Positions 1 to 16,565 of a stretch of 64,000 nucleotides of DNA are shown here, in pieces. The stretch lies in contig JBLDXI010000021.1 of NCBI GenBank assembly GCA_047495785.1, positions 248,001-312,000 on the forward strand, in the 5' to 3' direction. The stretch comes from Lepidodermella squamata (taxonomy: Eukaryota > Animalia > Gastrotricha). A program made the translations under genes and the position numbers. Numbering within the stretch: position 1 is the first letter of the stretch; the number at the start of each line of letters is the position of its first letter. The notes under the pieces are model-generated. The model saw only the letters and a list, made by a program, of their open reading frames with translations. It did no database searches and was not told where the DNA came from.

Positions 1-2110
1 CTTCGGATGGTGTCGTAAATTGAATTTTACCAGGCGGGCCTGATCCATATTTATTCTTCGCCACAACTTCTACCGAATATTCATACGCCGGCGATAATTG
101 GGTGAAAGTGACCCATGTTCGATTAGTTCTTATGGTGAAAAATGGGACGCGTTGCCCGGTTGAATCACTCGAATCAGCCGATCGCGCAGCGGCGCGTGGG
201 ACCCGGTATTGAAACACCTCGAAGGTCACATTTGTGTCACCCCGGTCTTGGCACGCCAAGGGTGACCAACTGAGACGCGCTGTTCGAGACGCAACGTCTT
301 CGAGTTGCATATTCTCAACAGCGGCTGTTGGCGCGTTTCCCGTTGTTACAATAATTTTCTGGGCTAAACTCGCCGAGGAAATATCGGTAGCTGCTATACT
401 TTTCAGCAAAGTTATTCGATACTGACGCCAGCGTTCCAATCGAAGTATTTGCGGCGTACTATTCGTGAGCTTGAAGATCTGCGGACCCTCGGTCGTTTGA
501 AAAGGGCTTTAAAATAAAAAATTTAGAAATTTTCGAAAAATCTTTAGTCCATTCAACTCACTCGCAATCGCCTATACCGATCATTTCGACCAAAAGCCCG
601 GCATCCGGAGGCAATGGCGGCGAATTTGGAGCCGTTTTAAGGCTGACTTGAACATTGCCAGGGGTCGTCGGGTCATTCAGCACTTGAAATTCTGACATAA
701 CAATCGGCGGAGTAGTCGTGGAAGTTGAAGCAACCGTCGTTTGAACAGCGGTCGTTTTCTCACTTGTAACAACATCAATCGGTCTAGTTGGGTAGGTATC
801 GTAACCAGTGACGGTTGAAGGCAAGGTAGGCTTCGTCCCTGTCACTGGCGGGTCGGTAATCACAACACCCCCACCGCCCTCAGTCGGGCAGTTACGTTGA
901 AAAACCTCGGTTGGAATGCTAGGAACCCCTGTCACGTATTTTCCATTCGTATCCAGGCCGTTTACTACAACGCGGAATTGATAAAATCTCGTATCTGGCG
1001 ATGGGGTGTAGGAAAAATTCAGCGGCTCTTTCTTGGTGCCGGATCTTATCGTTTCATCTTCACTTAAAATTCGGTAAATCATGCGCCATTGCGGCCGAGT
1101 TGGTGTTCGAACTTCAAGTCTAAATAAAACCGAAATAAAACGAGAAATTCAGATTTTCGATTTAAATTACTCGTAATTTTTCACGACAATTTCAGGATTT
1201 CCGAAATCCAGCTCTCCAGTCCATTGCCGCCAAGAAACGGTGATGTTTTCGCAATTTCGAACCGTAACAAGCGGCGCATCACTCAGCTCGAGTTTGCGAA
1301 TCTGGCAAGACGGCCCGAACCATTCTTCGGCGCATTTTCCATCAGGCGCACAAAATCCATTCACCGAATCACACGCAGCGCCTTTCCAGCAGTGGCAATA
1401 AAATCCGCACCGAAAACCAAATTGACCAGTCGGGCAAGCTAGAAATTTGAAAATTAATAATTTAGGCTGGATTTTTTTTAGGAAATCTTACGTCTTTGGC
1501 ACATGGGAGGGTCCATAAAGCCGTGGGCACAAACTCCACTTTTGCAGAAACCGGTCACTTTATCACAAGCTAACAGGGTCGAGCAATGGCAAATTCCATC
1601 ACACCTCGGCCCGAAACGGTAAGGAACTGTACAGCCGTTAACAGGCTTAGAATTTGTATCCTCAGCCTTAGTCACGAAATAACTGTTGTCACCAACGGCT
1701 TTGATTTGGCGAGGCGGTGGGGGCGGGGGTGGGCTGGGTGGAGGCGGCTGTAATAGAGGTGGTTGCTGGCTATGGCTGCTCCACAACGCGGCCGAAGCCA
1801 TGCGTTCGAATTGCCGAAGACCAATCGGCCGGGTGGTTATCACGTACCAATCATCTGGTGGGTACGGCTCAGCAACCCGCTTCGTTATCCTATTAACAGG
1901 CCTTTGGTAAAACACATTCCTGGTCCGGCCCGATACTATTAATGGCGTGGTTTTGACGGTCGAAGTGAGTTGACGCCGCCTGGTTTGATTCTGCAGTGAT
2001 TTGTTGGTATGCTCATCGACCTTACTCCAATAGAACTTGGCTCTTGGATTGACTTCGTCGGCCGTCGATATTGTTGTGAATGCGAAAATCGATATTAAAA
2101 CCAGCTTCAT
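1..2110 (-). CDS. Secreted or receptor protein: signal peptide, Pro-rich N-terminus, 2 EGF-like repeats, then FN3 repeats (Tie/MEGF/receptor-PTP-like ectodomain); 3' part beyond window
   Basis: Exons 2110-1492, 1438-1171, 1119-562, 506-<1 join in frame via GT-AG introns. Hydrophobic MKLVLISIFAFTTISTA; repeats C..FG..C...CHC....CD...G.C....C; FN3 motifs ITVSW, YQFRVVV, RLSWSPLAC, LSPAYEYSVEVVAKNKYGSGP. Confidence 0.75.
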
Positions 2111-3216
2111 GTTGGAATTATATCATGTCGCGGCGAATCAGGTTAATTACAGCCGTATCATAGTTGCTGTTTTGTTTTTCGGCACATTCCAGGTGCAAGA
2201 ATAGGTGTTTCGAAAAATGCAAAAGCACTCTCACTGCGCGACATGTATAATATAGCAGTGCGATTAATTAACGCTCATCGCCCCTTTTTTCTTTTCAAAT
2301 CGCCGAACACTGACCTAGGAGTATGACGCTAATATAAGATTTATAGCAATAATAATGAATTATACACAACTATAATATTATTATTAGAAAGCACGGGACG
2401 CTAAGTTAGTGCAGCAAAGCGCGATGTCAATTGAAATGTAGAAATGGGGTTACTTGTAATTCGCTATAAATAGCTGTGAAAGGATCCGCTATGTGCAAAA
2501 TCGAGCCTGTATATTATTATATGAAGGTAAATTGAAGTATAATGGCGTCGCGTATAGCTGCTAGTCGATAAAATTGCGCGATGAGCACTTTCGGGTGGCA
2601 AATATAGAACGAGGACGACAGATGTCGCGCGCGCTCGGCTACTATAAACATTTACACGTGACGATCGTGGCCGGCTGCTGGACGCGCCTGTGGCTATTGA
2701 TTGGCGCACAACGTCGCCATGACAGCGGGCGCGCGCACCTGAATTTATTTCGCGTATAATATGTGGGCAGGCGCAGCATTCTCGGCAGACGACAACAACA
2801 ACAGTAAATAATAATCGAAGTAATAATAGTAGCATGAAACCACGCGCCGGTCAACGTCGCGCCGAAACTTGCTGAAGTGAATTCGCTCAATGCCATCGAT
2901 TATACGAAAACCACCGCGCGCGCCAGCTCAAACTGATTCATTATACAGGTGCAGGCAAGAAAATATCACATGTATTTGTCAACATCCTTATTCGCACGTG
3001 CGATATTACACAAAAATAAAAATATCACACATTTCATCTCAATATCCCTGATCCGGTCAGTATTATATGTATCCTTTGACTTGTAATTTCTGCGACGCCT
3101 CGAAAACAAACATAGTAATTACGAGTCACCCTCGGCGGTAATAAAAACACGCAATTTTTTCTCTATTCCATTTTATTTCCATGAAAGACGAAGCAAAATA
3201 TGTGTGCGCGTATTTA

Positions 3217-6200
3217 TCAACTCTCAAATAAGGTGGATAACAAATTGTTTAAATTTGAATCTTCCGGTTCATTTCTTTGATTTTCGATCAATTTGCGAAC
3301 GCATGTCCGGTCAAAATCGCCTTCCTTCCTCAATAAAAATTTCAACCCATCCAGTGCAGCTTTTTTCAGCGATTCGGCCTCGGATTGCTTTGAGCTAGCT
3401 ACTTTTAAGGTGGCTAATACTGCGCTAGTTATTTTCTCTAAATCCGATGCAACGGTTATTTTTACGAAATTCGCAATTCTTGGAATGTCAACAACCAAAC
3501 GGAGAAGCAATTTGTAGTCGAAAGTTTGCCGGTAAACAGACAACCGGACGCCGTTTGAGTTCAGAATACCGACAAGACGGTGAATTTCCGCACAGACAGG
3601 TGTTAAAGCCCCGGTTACAAATCGATGCCGGATGAAATCGCCAGATGTTTCGGCCATTGCTAGTAGTACGTCCAAGGCTTTTATCACTACCTGCTTGCGA
3701 CTTTCGTGCGGAATGAACCGAGCTGATACCCCAGGCCACAACCGATGAATCATAGGCAACAATTCGTCTGAAATAATATTTTTCCCTCAATTTTTTCAAA
3801 ATTCTCATGAAAATTGGCGATTAAAACACCGCAAATTTGAAGAAGTATTAAAAATAAAATAAAGAAAAATTAATTTTAAACAAACTTGTCGCAGGGCGGA
3901 CCACAAAAATCGCTATTCGAGCTATTTCCAGGGCCGATAATTTGATCGCCGGGTGATGAGACGAAAATAAAACTGCAACCGCATCAGCCGCATCCCGCGC
4001 CAGCGTGATATGCAGAGGAGCCTCCGTTTTCTTGATGCTTACATTTGAAGAATTTTCTTCACCCTCTTCAAGATCAGGCTCTTCCAGCTCAGGTGGGTCA
4101 TTTGGTTCAACAAAAGTCAAGTTCCACCTGTTTAACGCCGATACAGCATTACTGCACGCGAGCAGGAGTAGCTCTGATAATTCGGGATCATGATCTGACG
4201 TAGGAATATGCCTAATCAAATCTCGCAACGGATCAGCAAAATAGGTGAAACAATTCGGAGATGCAAATCGAAAAGCGGCTGCAATTGCGTACAGAGTTTG
4301 GCGAGAAATAGCCAAATGGCGCAATCTTAACGTAAAAGCGTTCGACAAATAATCAGCATTTTGCTCGATAAAGTGGGTCAACGATCGCGATCCTGAGGCT
4401 CGAGCAATTTCAGCCAGCGTGTGCACGGCATGGTTCTCAACAAATGGCTTGCCAGATGAGATCGCCTCGAAATTCGCTAAAATCGATCGCCTTACTATTG
4501 TTGAAATAGTTTCTGCAAACGAAAACGACGCAGCTTTTGCACAGGCGGCTAGTAACATTAAGGAAGACCGATTTCGAACGAAATTCGTCGATTCTGAGCA
4601 AAACCGTTCGCTTAGTGCTAGGGCGGGTACTTCCAGCCGAATTTCACTTCTGGCGGATTCAGAAATTAAAATTGAAAGGACGTAGCAAGATGACTCTAGA
4701 CGTAAATCTTCCGAATCGTCCAGTTTTTGAACCATTATTTCGTAGAAGAATGAAATTAAACTCGCAGGATCTTGCACTAAATCAACGCAAGTTTAAAAAT
4801 TTTAGAAAAATTCCAAACATTTCAAACCTTTAGAAATTACTGTCGCAAGAACTTTTTCCGCCAACTTTTGATTCATCCGATTATCCAAGTAAGTAAACGG
4901 CAAAGTTTGGCGGGGAAAGGAATCGCGCCAAAACTTCGAGTTACCCAGGCTGGTGTCAGCGATTTCCTGGGACGGAGGTGGACCAGGGGCGATTGAGAAC
5001 CCAGCCTGAGAGATCGGTTTCAACTGGCACAATCGCGCCAGGCAATTGAAAAGGTCCGAACAACACTCATGAGATGTAAAAAGCATCGATAGCCGGTTGA
5101 TTTTTCCCAGAATCATTGAATAGCCGATGATTGACGCTAAACGGGCTGATAAAATAACTTCGAACTTGATCGAATTATTCGCCAGGAATTGCGGCAACGT
5201 TCGAATTAAATCCATGAAACAATCTTCGGCTAAATCGGCTAGTTTTGGTAGAAATACTAGAACTTGCTCCAATTCATCCAAATAATGCTGATTCGCTTCG
5301 TCATCTTCGGCCAAAGAAGCCACGATACAGTTTAGCAATGCTTGCCCCGCGTCTTTCAGGGTTAGAAACTGTGCTGAGCTACTCAAAATTTTAACAGCAG
5401 CTTCAAACGCGCCTTTTCTGACGCGGAAATCGACTGTTTCTTCGGACGAAAACAAAGTGGGAACAAAAACTGCCGATATCACAGGTGAGACCTTAGCTCC
5501 GATCTGTTTTAAATAGTCCCGAGTTATAGGAAGTGAAGGTAAAATGTTGGCGGAATTCAGTCGCTCCAAACCCTCTTTCGGGCAGTCTTTAAGAAAGGCT
5601 TGTTCTCCTCCCTTCGATTCACAATTTTTTTCCAGCAGAACTTGAGTTATAACCTTTTCGAATACTTCAATTGACTCGAGGAGAATGGCGTGATTGGTTC
5701 GTGGGTCCGACGCCAGCTTCAACACATTAGCCAAACAACTCAAGATTCCTGGCATGAATGTTAATATGACGATAGCAATCTGACTGTCAATCAAAGGGTA
5801 GTTCGATTTAAGGAGGCTCTTCATTCCTTGAAGCGCACAAATTCGTAAATTTGGTGAAAAATCACTCGATTCTGTTATCGAAATAAAAATCGAGACTAGA
5901 TGCCCAAGAGCCGGTAGGCATCGAGCCGAGTACAGCATTTTTAAATGTACTTCAGGCGCGCACGATATAAGTTTCTTCAAACACGAGAATGCGGACCGTC
6001 GAATTTCCTCCAAATCACCAGCCGGCAACGAAGGCTGATCGCAAATCGCGCCAAGCCGCATGAAAATTTCAACAAACATGTCTGGCGGCATAGCTAACGT
6101 GAAATTTGTCGAATCAAGTTTTTCTAGAACAGTTTCTGCGTATGCCAAAGCTGAAGACACCAAGTTGGCAACGCGGCTGTGCTTCGGATCTCTTAGTATT

Positions 6201-6322
6201 AGAATTACTGGTACGAAAAAAGCTGTCTTCTTATCATCAGGGACCGATTTCAAGTCCAATTTCTGTGCCATTTCCGAAAATAGCTCGGCACTCGGCGCCG
6301 GGTATCTGTTCATTTGTCCCAT
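3217..6322 (-). CDS. TTI1: TELO2-interacting protein 1 (HEAT-repeat TTT complex subunit)
   Basis: Exons 6322-4828, 4776-3886, 3767-3217 splice in frame. Motifs FMPGILSCL, IEQNADYL, ELLPMIHRLWP, SGDFIRHRF resemble TTI1. Start could alternatively be the ATG at 6361. Confidence 0.85.
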
Positions 6323-6462
6323 ATAAATTATATTTTTACTAAAAAAATCGAACAAAAACATGAAACATTAATTTCACTTTATTTGCAACACGTTGACCAG
6401 TGAGCCACGAAAGATAAAGAGCTTTAGTATTAAAATTACTTTTGATTAGCAACTGAACGAAT

Positions 6463-7579
6463 TTACTGACTAGTGATCAGTTCTTTGCGATATTGCCAGT
6501 AACGACCTCGAATCGGGTCAACGTTGTTTTTCAAGAGATCCAAAATGGTGACAGCCCGGTCGAGTAACTCCCGCCGGCTCTCCATCGCTAGTTCTTTGCA
6601 CTTCAGCTTGTCTTCGATGGCTAAAACTTCGCAATCCAGCGAAAATTGATGCAAACGGCCTGATTCGTGCAGTTCCTTGCACAACGCCAAAATCACGGGG
6701 AAATCATTGACAGACATGCCATCGAGTAATCCAAGTAAATAATTCCAAGCGCTTTCGTTGTTCGGAACTTGTCTGATGTACGTTAAGGTCATGGTAATCT
6801 CACTTGCGCGAACGTCATCAGTCAACGCTTTTCCGTCAGATGAAAAACATTTCCTCAGCAGAAACATTCGATAGTTCCAAACAGAGTTGTTCCTCAAATC
6901 TGCGTCTAAAAGGCGTTTGGTAAACGCAAATTCAGCCTTTTGAATATCTTCATGAGCCGCTAGATTGAAATGGCTCAACACCCAACAGCGGTGTTGCCAG
7001 CCATGGAAATTTTTCCAATCCTCCGTGTCGTCGAAAATGTGTTCGATGAAATCGAGTTCGCCCGATGGGTCATTCAGCCATTCAATTAGCACACGACGGT
7101 GGTGCCAAACTTGGTAATTTTTCGGGTTTTTCCCAATAATAGAACTCATGTAGCTGATTTCTTTAACTAGGTCCATATTCAACGCCTTGATGATTCGTCG
7201 GCGATACTCCCAAACAGTGTAATTCGCAGAATTCAGCCGCAAAGCATGCGTTGTTAAATGAAAAGCTCGAAGACTCAGCTCCTGAGTAGCAATTAGAGCT
7301 CGAACATAATCATAAACCTCCCGAACTGCCATTGAAAAGAAATTGAAATAAGTCAACAAAAAGAAAGAATTTCTAGTTACATTCATCAGAATAGGTTATT
7401 CGGACGACCGGATCTGGGCCGTCGTCTTGCGGCAAGGGAACAACATCCGCCCATTCTGCACGTTGGGAATACGGAACATAATCTCCGCTACGAATGGATG
7501 AACCTGACGAGCTAGGCGACGAGGTGCGATCTTCTTCTACCATATCCTCGACGTCTTTGTCCACCTTACTATCAGCCAT
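6463..7579 (-). CDS. FNTA: Protein farnesyl/geranylgeranyltransferase type-1 alpha subunit
   Basis: Exons 7579-7381 and 7325-6463 (55-nt intron). EWADVVPLPQDDGPDPVVRI, NSANYTVWEYRR, NPKNYQVWHHRR, PNNESAWNYL, DPIRGRYW (PPTA repeats). Confidence 0.95.
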
Positions 7580-7718
7580 TTTATAATAACTTCCCTAAAC
7601 GGATATTTCAGCAGAAATTTTATTATTTTTTTGTAACAAAAGTGACACGATGTTCTCACAACAGAATACGTCAACTTCTAGTATTTATTCCATCAGCACG
7701 TTTCAAGTTTTTAATGTA

Positions 7719-10346
<2,628 letters not shown>

Positions 10347-10369
10347 CTAAAATGTAAGACAAGGTATTG

Positions 10370-10525
10370 GAATGACAGTATGAGAATCGACAGATGATTA
10401 TTCGACTTCCTTAGAGACCAGTCTTTCTGTATTAAAGTGGGCAATGAATTGAACGCTTCATGCCATGTAGTGCGTGGTTTCCCAGGGTTCACCCCTTAGT
10501 CCTGTAATTTTTTGTTTTCTAAACA
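10370..10525 (+). mobile_element. Short decayed non-LTR retrotransposon RT fragment directly upstream of DHX15
   Basis: Translates as *LFDFLRDQSFCIKVGNELNASCHVVRG/(frameshift)SQGSPLSPVIF, matching the LINE RT motif W..FL..R.F.V.V......V..GVPQGS.LSP.LF. Confidence 0.7.
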
Positions 10526-11455
10526 AACATGCATCCGATTTGAAGGCACCGTAAAAGACGTCGTTAACGGCACTCATGCATACGACGCATCGAACTGGGC
10601 TTACGGAAAAAGCCTTTCCGCCTGTGCAACCCACATTTCACGCAACCTGTTCCAAGTCGAAGGGTGGTATAGCAAATAAAGATTGCTGTTAAACGAAATA
10701 TGAGGCAAAGACCTTCAGATACTCGCCAAACTTTTTTCCCGGTTCTAAATGGTCAAAAGTTTCCGGCGGTGCGACAGCTTAGATACCTCGGAGTAAACTG
10801 TAACCTGCACCTCTCTGTGAGAGACTCGCGTCAAGAACATTTCGCTAAAAACGAAATCTGAAAGCTGGAGCCGAGACTCGTCATTAACTGATTGGCCAAG
10901 AAATCATCCCATAAGACTTTGGCCTGAAGTTTCATCGAATGAGCGTTTATCTACGGTGGACCGGCTTCGTCATGCCGCTGAAAGGTCATCGGAAACCAGA
11001 CACGAACAGAAAATGGAATTCGAGCAATTAGATTCATCAATCGTGGCTTGCTATAGTGAGTTGAAAGACGCGCGGGAAATCTGGTGAAAACATAAATCTC
11101 TATAAATATTGTTAAAAACACGTAAATATATATAATTCAAAAATTTTTAATATTTGAAATGTCATAGTAACGCTTGGCGACGTCGGTAGTGCTGATCCTC
11201 TGGGAGTGCGCATGCTTGGATACTCAAGCGCTACGCACCTCCACAAACAATCACTCTCCCGATATCACAGCAATCGAACTCATGAGAATAGTGCGTGCAT
11301 TTTGTTTGTATGCTTGTGAAATGGCCGACTGTATCGTGCATATAGTTCTTTGAATATTACCCCTCTTCCTGTGAAGGATTCCAAGGATCCTTTTACCAAC
11401 TTAACCAACTGCTTTGAAGTAATTATATAAATTATTATTTTTGTTTAGAATAGTC

Positions 11456-13115
11456 ATGGCAGACGTGTGCGTCGGAGCCTCTGAAAGATTTCCCGCCTCA
11501 ACGGTCGGAACTACTCATTGGAAGAATGACACCGACAAGCAAATCGGTGTTAATGCTTCTCTTATTGACAAAAATGAGAACAATATTGACACCGGGAAGA
11601 GGATCGATCCCTTGCCCCATATGCGCGATATCTATGCTGAGCTCAGCAACATGAATGCCTTAGATTACATGCGAGAAGTTCGAGTTGTAGTTAATCGTTT
11701 GAGAGAAACCCTTCTTACTGTTAACGAAAATATTAAAACGACGATGAGAACTCGTCAGCTCATGGAAAAAGAGCTGGACAATCTGCGGAAAGATCTTGCC
11801 GTTAATGAACAGTCGGTAAAGATTAGAAGAGCTAGGCCAAAGAGGGAACGCGCAGTTGACGGTGTTGACCAAATCCTGCAAGCCGAGCGCCATCAACTTT
11901 TTGGATTGAAGGAAACTGCTGAGAGGCACCTGAGAACGCTCAAGGAACATTTACAGGTAAGTTATTACTTCTACTTTGTGCTTTTCTCTGACGATGCAAT
12001 ACTTCAGAATCTCTCTGACGCACGCGATCGTCTCAGCAATGTTTTACGAGAAAGATCGCGAGTGCTAGAATTAATTCCTGCTGGGATCAAAACAGAACTC
12101 AGCGCAAACGACATCTCTTCCGCTAGCTTTTTGCGCCAAGGTCTAGGTCTGGCTCCCCCTGAATGTTGCACAAATGGTACACCTTCACAAGGAGGTTGCA
12201 TGCAGCCTTCACCGCCCAGACCGGGCACTTCAAACGGCATGAGACCGTCCACTCCAAGTCAGAATGTTGGACCACTCAGTTAGATAACTTTATACTTCTA
12301 ACGAGTAATGATAATTTATTTCGCGTTTAAATTTCAAGGTGCCATGACTCCTGAAGCGGATCAAGCAATTAAGGACGCAGTAATCACGATGGGCCGCACT
12401 GCGTCGATCAATTGCGAATCTAACCAAGCGATGAAGAAGAGCCGAGCTCTAGCTAGCGAAGCCAGGCAACAGCTAGTTACAGCACTGGAGCGTAAAATGG
12501 CCGAAACAGCTGCGGCTGCGGTGAGTTGCTCCCCAGATTTTGAAAATTTTCATTTCGACAAATCGCTTCATTTTTTCCATACAGCAACGCTTACGTCTTT
12601 CGTTGGCAGGCAACCGGGTGTCTCATAACGCTGGCGTACGGCACTACGAGAAAACAGCGCTGAGCCTGGGTCGAAATGAGGTATGCATTGTGTAATCACA
12701 AAATCCATTTCATCGCGTGGTTTATCGAATTATTTTGGCATTAATTATTTACCAGCAAAAGATACCACTGGTAATCGATATTTAATTAATATTGCAGGGT
12801 CCAACCAACTATACCGACCTGAAACCCGCGGAATTACTTGATCGCCCTCTGATTCGCGTATATCAGCGACATCCTGGAACTCAGCTGCCAGAAGCCGGCC
12901 AATTAAGGTCTGATGGTACGAGATTAACCCAGTCGACTTACACAACGAGTCGGCATATCGCCGAGATGCGTTTGGCTGCAAGCGCTCTCAACGACAATTT
13001 GACCGATAAGCGATCGGCCTTGTCTATCGATGATTCGGTTGTCAAGCTGCGTCGCAGCCATGCCGATGAAAGATGGGTTCCTGGACCCGTTCGAGCACAA
13101 TCATTTTATGTTTAA
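11456..13115 (+). CDS. CCDC105: Tektin-like coiled-coil ciliary protein CCDC105/TEKTL1
   Basis: Exons 11456-11956, 12008-12278, 12339-12520, 12585-12680, 12798-13115 in frame. Tektin-like [15 protein letters not shown]; [19 protein letters not shown]; [17 protein letters not shown]. Confidence 0.8.
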
Positions 13116-13693
13116 ATAGTATCTTTGAACTTCGAAATAATCAAAAACTTTATTTACGCATTCCTGAACTTGTAAAGAGCAGCATTAAAGCATTCCGGCG
13201 ACAGTTTTTCTTGCGCCTTCATGATAGCAAGAAAAGTCGTAGAACCAGTGAGCAAATCGTGCTTTGGCTATCATCTCTAAATAATACCCTTGCGTGAAGC
13301 GCTATCTAGTGAGAATCAAGACACTGTCGTCATCCGGTGTCGGCAACGATGCCTTACTGGCATCTTTTCGCGAATCACTTCATCTATGCTCCATATTATA
13401 GCGATATGTTGTTATGAAAGCATCAAAACTTCACTGATTGCGCTATTGTTTTTAGAGTTCTCACTTTCTTACCCAGTTCAATTTTTTTGATTCTATATTT
13501 GTGCGGCGAATCCTTAATTTCCTTTCAGCAATGTTTCTATACTGGTATGATGCAGAGGATTTATTTTTTTCATCTGGTGGCCATTATTCAATCGGAATAT
13601 TTTTGTTGAAGCTATAATATTATCGTCTGGAGAAAATAAAAACGATGTATTATAATGCATTGCAAATTTACCCTAGACGTTTATAATATAAAA

Positions 13694-14505
<812 letters not shown>

Positions 14506-14993
14506 TAAATGATCTTCCACCGTGCAAGAATTGCGTTATTTTATGCATATTTTCCAACAAAATAAAAGTCGAATGTTGAATCTTGACATTTTATTTTTCT
14601 TCTAACATTTAATAGCGAAAAAGGCTGCTCATCGCAGCTAATCACGATTGCACTAACATACCACTGACAGGATACAGAAAATCGCAGCCATCGGAAATGA
14701 TATCAAAATACGAAAGAAGAACTTTAAAATTAATAATGATTATTTGTGATTTGTTTTAGAAGCACAAAGATAGAATAATCAAAGACGTGCCACAAAGTCA
14801 TAGTTTTTGTGATTGACCGAGATATTCGTTCAAGTTGAACGATATATTATAGAGAAATTAAATACTTCAACTCTACCGCCCACTAATGCATGCCGAGGGA
14901 AATCAAACTAAAGTTGCATGGAACGATCAAAAATCTAGTCACACAAGCAATTCGATCGGAATTTTGAAGGGCTGCCTGGTGCGAATAACCAAA

Positions 14994-15457
14994 TTATTGT
15001 CTGTAGTTCGTGTGCAGCTGAGGCTTGATGTCGCATACTGCTTGCAAGAGCATTTGCAAGGCCTGCTCCTTATTCTGCTGAAGCCTGTTTTCTTGATCGC
15101 GGATTTTTTCAATAGTTTCTTGCTCTATTTTCTTCTCCAAGTCGCCGCGGCTTCCGAGAACCTATGCGTAGAACAAAAAAATAAAGAATAAAAGCATTAA
15201 AACCTCAAACAGCTACATACCTTATCTTCCAAATCCTTGTACTGCTTTTCGCGCTCGACGCGGTACGCCTCAACTTCAGCTTGAGCCTCCTCCTTGGCCT
15301 GCTTTAAACGCCTTCCCTTTCCTAAAAATTCCAACTTGTAGGTTTATAAGCAAGGTTTAGAAAACAAATTACGTTTGCGAGCCTCTTCAATTTTCGCTTT
15401 GGCTATTTTCTCAGCCTCCAAGAGCTTCTGAACACCTTTGGACTGTGTGGCCATCAT
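14994..15457 (-). CDS. ATP6V1G: V-type proton ATPase subunit G (absent from ORF track because exons are short)
   Basis: Exons 15457-15373, 15321-15221, 15161-14994 give (M)[55 protein letters not shown]...VCDIKPQLHTNYRQ*. Confidence 0.95.
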
Positions 15458-16528
15458 GATTATGGGCTGTAATTATCTATAGTTTATAGTTGAGATGTGA
15501 CAGTAAATTAATAAATGAAATCAGTAGATAAACGGGCCGCAGTAGGTCACAAGCCATCTGGATGGCAAAAATATGTCGACGTCATAACTCGGATAATCAA
15601 ATGCTAATTTGTAATTCGCATTTTGGGTATCCTGGCAAATGCACATGCAATCTCCCTGTTTCTACATTAAAACAAAGTATCACAGTGCGAGCAAATGATA
15701 AGTAGCCATTATTAAAAATGGAAATCCAAAGACCTAAGTATTTCAAGTAGGTGCGTGCTTCGCCGATATCAATTAACCGAAAAGTAAGAGAAACTAGCAT
15801 TAAGGTAAATCCAAGAAATCAAACGCAGCGAATCGTTAACGGTTGATAGTGGTTGCTTAAGACCGTGTTACAATCCGCACGAAAAACAGTCATCAACTTA
15901 GGAGTTTTTGGCTCAATAATAGACGGCGAAGGTAGCACCTATGTAAAAAGAATGGCAATTCAACAGTTTGAAAAGTGGTATAATATTTAGATCTAAATTA
16001 CAGATGAAAATCACAGTTCTCTTCAGATTCTGGATTGACGAAGCTAAAAAGAAACTTTTATCTCGGGAAACTTTAATTTCAAGATCAATGAAGGGTAGTC
16101 TCCGAATGTCAATGATCAGCTGGCAGCTGGGGGTAAAATCAGCTCAGTGGGAGTGATAGACTGTCAAGGGTTGCCATTACTCATCTGCTAATTACATTTT
16201 ATGCAAATAAATCCGAAAAATTGACTTTTCTGCATGCAAGAACAGCAGCGCAGTTTGTCTCCTAAAAGGTCACAGTAGTAGCAGCTAGGGGTACATCAGG
16301 CTTTTGTACAGGTCTGTATCTCTCGATGGCTGTACATGGCTCTCGATCGTCAATACACGCTTTTTCGCAGTATCATGAGCACCAACAAAAGAGAAAGGCA
16401 TGACTCACTCAGAGAGATGACAAATAGTAGAACTTGAAATTGTTTGGCTAAAGGCTAAAAAGGTTAAGGTACACCAAGCGGGACGAATTTCCGATCAATT
16501 AAATTGTGGAAATAGAAGTTGAATAGAA

Positions 16529-16565
16529 GTTCGAGGTTCGAGGTTCGAGGTTCGAGGTTCGAGGT
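16529..16565. repeat. Tandem 7-mer (GTTCGAG)x5
   Basis: Five perfect copies read directly from the sequence. Confidence 0.95.

Noticed and set aside
16529-16565. GTTCGAG repeats as CRISPR or Pol III B-box array
   Set aside because: No spacers, eukaryotic context; simple tandem repeat.
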